64,000 nt of DNA from Trichoplax adhaerens (lineage: Eukaryota; Animalia; Placozoa). The DNA lies in the NCBI RefSeq assembly GCF_000150275.1, contig NW_002060946.1:308269-372268 (forward strand). Reading direction: 5' to 3'. A program made the translations under genes and the position numbers. Position 1 is the stretch's first letter. Each line of letters opens with the position of its first letter. Positions 54,691-64,000 of this stretch are shown here, piece after piece. Under the pieces are notes generated by a model, which did no database searches, was not told the DNA's origin, and was given only the letters and a program-made list of their open reading frames with translations.

Positions 54691-57600
54691 TAATGATTCT
54701 TTAGAAACTCCCGCGTCAAGCTTTAGCGATTGAGAGATGAATAATCATATCATATTAACTTTATGAATATATTTCTATAAATTTATATATAAGCGAAAAA
54801 ATTGAGCTTGATGCCAAATAGTTTTATGTTTCCCGAAACGTGAAAGAAAAATAAGGCAGCACATTACAATATATGAAATTCAGATGCTCGCCAGAAGTCG
54901 AGAATCTAAACGAATACTTGTATCAGAATTTGCTGTCTATAGAACTACCAATTACCGTGTATTATCCTCTATTACTCGTAAACTTAGCGCTGAAGAGAGT
55001 AACTACTAATTATTCGCGAGAAAGTTTATGTACCGTATTATAGGTTACCATAACTTACCTGCGGACAATGTAACGAAAGCAAAATCTTTCTACCATAGGC
55101 ATACAGCATTGATCCTACCAATAATGTCTGCTGGTTAATGAATATCTAGTAATAGCTGCACACTATACCAAAACAATTACTACTATTCCAATCTAACTGT
55201 CGATTTCTTAAGGTCATTTCTCATAATCATTTTATTTGAAAATACTCATTGAAGAAATCCAGTTTATTAACTGATTTTTTATATTCAGTATTTATTTCAC
55301 GGTATCGTTCTAATTTATTTTATTCGACGTATTTCAATGCCGTACCCTTGGAATATCATGAAAAGACTAATATATGGAATCAATTAATGAATTCCTATCA
55401 TTTTGTTTATTAGAACCATCACGGCATTTTCGATAACCTAGAAATAATGACCGTAAACGCGAATTTTTTTAATTGATCTTATCTGATATAGCCTTTGCTG
55501 CTAATCTTAATTATTTATTAGCACGTCCTATTGCTATATATAGTACTGTAAATGTTGATAAAAATAATGATATATTCAGAAACCCTGTAAACTATGCTCG
55601 TTCATTATTCGATGCAGAAATACACTGCAATTAATGGTCCAATGATTAGCTAGCGAGAATTATGCCTGGAAAACGTTGGTATTGTACTAATTCTGATATA
55701 GTTACTGGATAAAAGAGTAGAGGACCAACGCTTTTCTCTAGCTGATATTGTTGATAATGAGATTTATATTAATTAATTAAATTCTATTACTAATCAAATT
55801 ATAAAAGTACGTCATAATCAATCAGCTTTTCTAATAGTTAACTCGATTGCTTCATCAAGGTGCGCGCCAGTATAATCCATTAACCAATGACGTCAAAACT
55901 CTCAATGGAAGCATGATTTATTCCCGAGTAAAAAAATGTGAAAGTCTTGATTTAATTTCTTTTATTTGCAATTGCAAGTAAATTTATCAAATCAAAGTTT
56001 GTAATCCCTCCCTGTTTCTCTACGTAAATTCAAGGAATTCATACACTTAAAAAATTGCTGTAATTACATAACGCGCGAACTATAAACACAATATTGTAAT
56101 GAAAAGCAGCACCTCGACGGCTGGAATCCGTTAAGAAAGGAGCTATGAATGTAAATCCTTCTAAAATGATGTACAGTAGGATGCGTAAGGTATACAACAA
56201 GCCACCGACAGCAGCAGATCACTTTTCATACTAGTTTCAGGACAGTTCTCGACTGAAATCCTGACCTTAACCTTCAATGAAAGTAACTGTATAACGCTGA
56301 TTATTCAAAACCGTGCTGATTAGAGACCTAAATAGGTAACACTTGTGCAATAAATAAAAATAATATATACGTATAACATAAATTTTTATGATGGTTTTCC
56401 TAAAGTCTTGAACAGTAATCTTGATTGTAATCGTAAACGAAACCATATTGCAGGCTGGATAAGACCTGGAAGCATGGACTACGGTAGTCTAGTGGCTTAA
56501 ATCCTCAACAAAGAGGTCTTTAATCATAAATCCTTTCAAAAAGATATCAAACATAAATAGTATCGAAGCCAATTTGCGCCATACAATAGAAGTATGGACT
56601 AAATTTACATGTTAATTTGTAATTCACGTTTTCTACTTTGCCATCCCGAACATTGCTGTGTGCCGTCGCCCTGTAAGTATTGCACATCGTGCAAGATCTG
56701 GTGAAATAATTATTTATATGTTGTCATAAACTAATAAAATTTACGTAAAATATTAGCAGACTGGTGGAAAAATAAAGTTTAATTTTTTTAAGGTCCCTGA
56801 ATTTGGCGTTTTATAACGTAGACTAAAGCATCTTACACTTTTCCTATCTGTATTACGAAATCAATGTCTATGGCTGTAGACTTGTGCAAAAAAGCAATTT
56901 TTATATTGGTTATTACAGTTTTACTCATGAGTGCCGTTTAAATGCGTAAATTACCCGTGGAAATATATATATGTGACCATTTTCTTAAAAGCAGTACACG
57001 ATTCTTACATAAGGAACTTATCGAGGGAAATTGTGCATACTGTTCGGTAATATTATTATTTAGATAAATTATTTATTGGATTAAATTTCGCTCAAACATA
57101 GTTACAATTCGCTATAGTTTGTGGATATAAAATAAATAGATAGTAACTATAATCTTTGGCAGTATTACATACATAGACTCTTTAAATGGCAAGGTGATCA
57201 ATCACAGCAGTATAATAGATCAGTAAAACCTCATACAAGTTTTAGAGATAGAGTTCAACGATACTATCCTTTATAGTACAATTAAATGGTATTCTTTACC
57301 CGGCAAGGTGATTGCTTGATCAGAACTATAGTTTAACAAAAGTTTAATAGCTACTTCGAGCTAGGGACCAATGATATAATTATTAATAGTATAATTATAT
57401 AGAATTCTATAAAGGACACTAGAAGAATATCATGTGGCTATTTAGAACCGGAGATATAGTAGTTTTTAAGAAAGCCACGTAGCTGTTGAGCGTATTAACC
57501 TCAATTTTCAGATTTTAAATTATGCTTTCCCTAAATTAAATCTTTGCTGCGGATTTCACTGCATCAAATTAAAGCGGAGGGTCTAAATTGATCAATGATA

Positions 57601-58414
57601 TCGTAAACGGGTAACCCAAAGTAATACTTAATTAGAAATCCATTAATTTTCTGAAATTAAGTCTTTTAGAATATCGTACAGCAGCAGCAGTTGAAGTTAA
57701 GCTGATGAACTCGAAACATTTTTTAATATAAGTCAATTCTCAGCTGAGATTTTTCGAATAGCGCATGATAATTGCCGTATGTTGGTAGAATTTATCTTTC
57801 AGAAAGTATTCGGTACTTCGTGAGTAGAGAGAATGAAACAAATTTTATTAAAGATACAGCCACCGATATATCTTTCGTAAGGATCATAATTCTGTGCGAG
57901 TTTGGCTCATTACAAGCGAAGTTTAAACTATATCATATTGCTTAAAATGTTAAGTGCTAAATTATACAGATTCAGGTACAATAAATCAGTTCTGCTCATA
58001 AGTAACAGTAAATAGGGAACTTTTCTATGAAACCTTGTGTGGTAGCAAATATCTAGAATTATCATAAACGCTAAAATAAGAAAAAGCTGGCAGATGATAT
58101 ACCATAGTTCGACTTTGTTGAATTTACACGGTTATTATCTTGTATCTTATAAGCTAAGTAATAACAAGAACAGAATCAAATAAAGCCTAGCTAAGCAATA
58201 TATATCAAAAGCCAAGTAATGATGTATCAATACTTTGTTGAATTATTTTTCGAAGAGCTATTTACAGTTCCTTAAGCTTATCATCGGTCTCTAGTTGGCC
58301 AGGAAATTTTTAAATTATTCGAATTGAGGAAATAGGAATTAATTCAACGCACAACATCTATCGAGAATTAAGCTCTAGCTGTTGAAAAGGTAACTTTTAA
58401 CCTATTTTCTGAGC

Positions 58415-59894
58415 CTATGTACGACGGACGACTTGAAGATAAACAGGATTCTTTGGAACCAACGTAAACTGGGCAACGGTAGGCAATGGAAATTCAGTTT
58501 TGTCGGAGATATTAAATCGTACTTTCAGTAATAATCGAGCTAATATCAATTTAACATTAATTAAGCCCAGTCTTTTACCCACGCAGCTCCTTGGGCCCTC
58601 ACTAAATGGCAAAAAAGCTACAGTGGTGACGATTAGCGCTTTTATCAGATGAAAATTTTTCTGGAATGAATTTTTCTGGATCGAGCCATAATTCTGGATC
58701 ACTTTGAATAGCTTTGACAGCAACTGCCAAGCCTATACCTTTAGCTATTTGAACGCCATTGATCTCGAAGTCTTCTTTTGCTTCACGTAGATTAATATAA
58801 CCCGGTGAGAATAATCTAATTCTTTCGTTGATTATCATGCTTATATATGTAAGACTATTTGCAGATTCATATGTTAGAGACCTATCAGAAGGACATTTTT
58901 CATCTATTTCAGCAATTGCTCGATCTTGCACTTGTAAATGAGTGGCTAATAAATACGAAATGAATGTCAACGTTGAAGCTGTAGTATCATAGCCACCTAC
59001 TAAAAATGTTAACAATGTTGCATCGCATTATCATAGTTGATTTTTTGATTATTCTCAGCTTTTAATATTAAGGTCAGCATATCGGTACGATTTTTCTTGG
59101 CGTCACTTTGAGGCATTTCATTACGTCTATCTGCAACAATCTGTCGTAAGGCTCTTGTGGCATTAATGATCGCGCTGATCCGGCGATGATTAATTAGGAA
59201 TTCCACGTACTTCATAAGAGTTGGCAATGCCATAGATATTGCTGTATTAAAATCTACAGTTGATGTGATAAAGGTAGATAAATCCTTTTCCAATTGAATC
59301 TCCTGATGCTGCACATTAGATTCAACGCCGAATAAGGTAGCCATGGATACTTCCATGGTAGCGTTATAGTATAATCTCTTCACATCCATAACAGTTTGAT
59401 CATTGTCCACTTTTTTCTAATATTATTTGCGATAATTTCTTACCTGCTTTATTAGTAAAAGCAATCATTTCGTTTAAATTCATTGATGAAAATAGCGGAG
59501 ATAAACTATCACGAGCTCTTTTCCACACTTCATCACAAGCTTGAAATAATCCAATTGATTTCCTATTGGCAGATGACAGGGATATGCGATTAATGAATTT
59601 CTTAGATTGTGTAATTAATACTTTTTGTACCATATCGACATCTACAATATATAATACTGGATATTTTCCGTAATAACAACCAATAACTTTGCCATATTTT
59701 TTAGCATTTATCGCCACACTTTCATATCGCAGCTCGAATTTGTTTTGGTAATCCAATAAATTACCGAAGATAATACTTGACTTAGGACCTGGTATACCTC
59801 TCTTTGCGAAATAAGAGAATGGCTTAATATACTGATAATAGTAGAAGATTGCGGGTAGCAATATCGTTAATATTGTTGTGATGATTAGCAACAC
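58415..59894 (-). pseudogene. Cytochrome P450 (CYP3 clan-like), intronless, three frameshifts, start codon GTG
   Basis: Four overlapping ORFs in different frames (breaks near 59405, 59012 and 58630) carry an N-terminal TM + PGP hinge, WKRAR, GGYDTT (I-helix), ExxR (ERIR), DPEKFIPEKF and the heme motif PFSEGPRSCVG. No splice sites explain the breaks. Confidence 0.88.
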
Positions 59895-60980
59895 AGTGAA
59901 ATTAGGTTTTCAAGTGGTCCTTTCGGATTTGCTTTTCCTTTTCTCTTATGCTATCAACTGATTCAATAGATCAATTTTTATGCCTCTTGGTTGATATTAA
60001 TCTATCGCTGTGACCTTTGAAAGGTTAAAATATTCTTTTGCTATCTTGCTGAAATAATATACTATTATTATTACGTGTACTCCCATGAATATACTAAAAA
60101 AATGCAAATTTGATCACAATCAATAATATACAAATAAGTATCTCAAAGATCGGGACGAAAAAGAGCGCTATTATCGTCAGGAAGCTCTTAAAATGTTCGT
60201 AGTAGCCTAGTGGCTTAAATACTCTGCAAATGTTTGCTTATTGCTGAGTATCGTTAGCATCAATATGATATTTAACTTTTGACGGAGCCTTCAACTACAA
60301 ATTTCAAGATTTCTCTCCTAAAATCGGGATTTGAGCCCCACCAATCTTTAAAAGATCTTTTGGCTTACTATTATGAGTTGGAATGTGGCTTAAGCAAAGA
60401 TTTTTCAATAAATGTTCGCTCCTTACATAGTCGAAGATAATAACTTCAACATACTCCATGCTAATTAATACTTATGAATATAATATATTATTTACTCCAT
60501 TTTAATTGTCAACAAAGAAGGACGAAAGTTTAGCTTTTACGCATGCTATCATCAATGTAGGATATGATTTAGTGTAATTCGACGACGTGAGATAGGATAA
60601 TTGGATGATAAAAGATAATAAGGAATTACTATATTTTGTGGAAACTAGTGTATAGACAGTACGTATACTTAGCATTACTTATTAAGTCTCTCATTGAAAT
60701 ATTAAAATGTAGAATTAATCGTATCTTATCCAATTACTTCGTTTTAGGTTATTCTACTTTAATTTATTCATAGATCATTACTAATTCTAAAGCATAGTAA
60801 ATAGTCGTTTTTATTAAACTAATGTTCGCGTTGCAATGCTAAATTAATAAGGTTACTCATGCATATGTTTATCCACTAAATTAATTCTTTTAATTTACTG
60901 GCAATAGTTGAGAGAAGATAATGTTAATAATATCAGCAGTATGCAACACGCATATATTGACATGATTTTAAAACCGTATC

Positions 60981-62158
60981 TTAAAGTAATGCTAGGAATT
61001 TAGATATATCTTGTCCAAAGCAAATTGTGGAGTGATAATTTAACCAATAAAAATAGTTGAAAGATGAACTATACGATGACAAACTACGCAAAGTATAACG
61101 AGTGAGGGACATACCAGTCTCTACAGTAATAGAACATTCGATAGCCCTAATATACAGGTATAACGTCCTATAGGAGGAAGAATGATGGGTAATTAGCAAC
61201 CAGTAAATTGGTATTTTGAGCTTAAGTTGCCAAATTAGTAAGCGACATTTATTATGTGACAAACATATTATCATTTCTTTCATTAAAGTCATCGCATAGT
61301 AGTTCCTTAGATAAGAAGTCAAGCTGAACAGTTAGAGACTATTTTCATTTTGAATACACAAATTTGTACACAAACTTTACATGAAGTAATAGCTCTATAA
61401 TAAAGTACCGTAACTAGACAGAGAAGCTTAAGATATTTGAAGCAATATCAATGTTAATATTTTCATTAATACAGGCAATTTTTTATGTTAATTTTACTTC
61501 CAATAAATGTTTCAATTGTATACTTATGTCAACAAGATTTACAATTTACGAGGACTTTGGCCTCCTAACAATTATTGATTATTAATATAAGTAAGCTTCC
61601 ACTAATTTGGCAGACTAACATGTAAGTACAATTAGAATTTAACATACCAGGTAATTCTGTTTAGATACCGATACGGCATTTAAAAACGAATTTGTCCTAA
61701 CTTGCATATTTATGAGAACTTGTATGAACATATACAAAATATATCAAAAGCTAAATACGGATTTTAACTTCATAGTGTAATAATATAATTTATACCTAAA
61801 GTTTTTGAATACCGATTAAATATAACTTTTCTGATCTTCGAATGAATAGTCTATTCGCTATGATCTGTTGTTGAATATCGTAAAAGTGCCATATCGCATA
61901 GCATAGTGAATCTTTTTAATCTCTCATCTCAAAAACAACGTTAAGTAAACCATTTTATCATTAGCTAGACATGTTCACCATAACAGCTATAATCAGTTTC
62001 ATTGATAAATTCATTATGTACATTAGGGTTACTAAATATTGCAAACACCATAAGGTCAGAGTACAAGTTGTGATGTCATAATTTTCAACGGAAATGTATG
62101 ATAATTCTATACCGTACGGCATCATGATCGCTAATTTTTTCTTTATCTTAGGCTGCAA
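60981..62158 (-). pseudogene. Possible decayed GPCR remnant
   Basis: LAIMMPYGI (TM2-like), LWCLQYLVTLMYIMNL (TM3-like), LSSYSSSFNYFYW (TM7-like); motifs are weak. Confidence 0.3.
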
Positions 62159-62281
62159 ATATCAACTTCAATATATTACTCGGCGAGAGATCCTATTCCA
62201 TCTCCCAAAGGAGATTATTACGATGCCTGGCAGCGATTTTTAAGCTACAAACTTGTTTATAAGTGATGAATAAGCTTAGTT

Positions 62282-62331
62282 NNNNNNNNNNNNNNNNNNN
62301 NNNNNNNNNNNNNNNNNNNNNNNNNNNNNNN
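62282..62331. other. Assembly gap (50 N)
   Basis: Run of N characters. Confidence 1.
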
Positions 62332-62636
62332 TACAATCTGTATCTGCTTTTTACAGCCACTAAAGTATTGCTAAACTATCAAGAGAAGAATGATTGGAGT
62401 ACTAAAAGAAGGTCCCAAAGTGAGTCCTTTCTTGGATGAGTAGAGAGCAAACACTGCTATGTCGTGGCTTGAATGTTGCACAATGAATGTTCACCGGGTA
62501 ATATGGAACGGGTGTCAACGATGCCCAACCACCTGGAGTATTAGGTTGACTATAGGACGAGGGTCGACGTAAGCGTAGTCTACCCTAACTTCATAGTCTG
62601 TCTACTTTCAGCCGTGGCCGTCTGGTCGATCCACCA

Positions 62637-62985
62637 CTCAGTGTGGATCGACGCTTGGCCGGACCGGGTAGGGTACGACACTTCACTATTCAGTCCAGTA
62701 CGCTGATAAGAAAAGATGGCATTGCCTGGTGTGAGTCACTACGGTACTCAACTGTAAGGGATTACGTAGTACTGTATACGTACGTGCAGTACTACGTCTA
62801 CTACTCAGATCAACAGCTCAGTGTGGATCGCCGCTTGGCCGGACCGGGCCAGGCACGAGTAGATCTTGGCTTGGCCGGACCGGGTAGGGTACGAGTGTAC
62901 GACACTTCATCGCACGGTCTGACTATTCAGTCCAGTAAGCTGATAAGAAAAGATGGCATTGCCTGGTGTGAGACAGTACGGTACT
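62637..62985. repeat. GC-rich two-copy repeat with an internal re-duplication
   Basis: ctcagtgtggatcg.cgcttggccggaccggg...actattcagtccagta.gctgataagaaaagatggcattgcctggtgtgag occurs twice; cttggccggaccggg occurs three times. Confidence 0.85.
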
Positions 62986-63231
62986 AAGACAGACTTTGCA
63001 CTGTGACACATCAGACAGATCTCTTCACAAATTACAGTACAGTATTGTACAGTACTGTAGAATGGGAACAATCAAAATACTGTACTGTACTGTACGGTGT
63101 ACAGTACACTGTACACCGTACAATAGTACATTGTACCCTATACCATGCACTGTACACTGTGCAGTCATCAAAATCTGATGGCAGTCGTTTTCACCCAGTG
63201 ATGTCACCCAGCGGGGCGCGATGACCTGCCA

Positions 63232-63309
63232 ATGTGTACAACAGCGGCAGCTCTTGACGTTGTATGGGTGACATTGATTTTGCTATGGATTTGCCCTATC
63301 AAGAGCAAG
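63232..63309 (+). CDS. Probable first exon of a secreted or membrane protein (signal peptide only)
   Basis: MCTTAAALDVVWVTLILLWICPIKSK followed by a phase-0 GTAAAC donor; preceded by an ACAGT-rich tract like other promoters here. Confidence 0.45.
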
Positions 63310-63347
63310 GTAAACTATTGTACTGTACTGTACATTAGGACATACGG

Positions 63348-63760
63348 TACTGTATCAGCGATCCTATAGACTACTGATCTTTTTCTGGTAGTTTATGCAA
63401 TAATCAGGTATCATGTATCAGTAGGCCTCACATTGTTACAGTAGCTAGACATACTGTATCAGCGATCCTATGGACTTACTTATTTTTTTCTAGTAGTTTA
63501 TGCAACAATCACACCCTGGAATGGCAAGCAATTCAGGCCACAGTAGGGTAAAAAGACTCAGGTATCATGTATCAGTAGGCCTCATATTGCTACAGTAGCT
63601 AGACATACTGTATCAGCGATCCTATGGACTACTGATCTTTTTCTAGTAGTTTATGCAATAATCACACCCTGGAATGGCAAGCAATTCAGGCCACAGTAGG
63701 GTAAAAAGACTTAGGTATCATGTATCAGTAGGCCTCATATTGCTACACTACTGTAGCTAG
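63348..63760. repeat. ~155 bp tandem repeat, three copies (first one internally deleted)
   Basis: tactgtatcagcgatcctat...gtagtttatgcaa.aatca...caggtatcatgtatcagtaggcctca at ~63348, ~63452 and ~63606. Confidence 0.88.
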
Positions 63761-64000
63761 ACTTGCAACGTAGTGTACAGTATACATGTGTACATGGACT
63801 ATTTCACTTGGGGTGGGCGATTAATCCACAATCTCTCCCGAAAGGCTGCAGTAGGCTTGCAACATACAGTATGCCTCCAATCATACACCGATTGTCAGCC
63901 AAATAAGCTACTACAGTAGGTTGGCTTTTACTTAGGGTCTCTAGCTTTTGACCACTTCAGTACTTGCAGCGATGACAAGAGAAACGATCAGTGCTTATGG

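Noticed and set aside
62357-62419. Possible orphan exon (ttttacag|...TKVLLNYQEKNDWSTKRRSQ|gtgagt) next to the gap
   Set aside because: Splice signals look good, but there are no partner exons or homology, and it abuts an assembly gap.
1-64000. tRNA, rRNA or snRNA genes (prompted by octamer motifs and splicing-factor genes)
   Set aside because: No recognisable sequences by eye; an Infernal/tRNAscan run would be needed to exclude them.

Overview
AT-rich eukaryotic (animal) genomic DNA with short GT-AG introns. The gene density, intron sizes and (ACAGT/TACTG)-rich tracts resemble a placozoan such as Trichoplax; the organism is my inference. The left 38 kb is gene-dense: STPG2 (first coding exon, -), an intronless bacterial-type thioredoxin-coupled arsenate reductase arsC (+), KTI12 (+, with a U12 AT-AC intron), PRPF3 (-), an ER membrane two-thioredoxin-domain protein (+), dUTPase (-), LSM7 (+), CDC42SE (-) and SPPL2 (-). 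The region ~39.5-62 kb looks gene-poor in the ORF track. By hand translation it holds about seven decayed intronless class A GPCR remnants and a frameshifted CYP3-clan P450, surrounding one intact pogo/Tigger-derived DNA-binding gene (Brinker-type HTH + CENP-B HTH, no DDE domain). The right end has a 50-N gap, tandem repeats and a probable signal-peptide first exon. The most notable candidate is the arsC: probably horizontally acquired, embedded among host genes and preceded by animal-type octamer/E-box promoter motifs. All exon calls and homology assignments were made by eye, without database searches.
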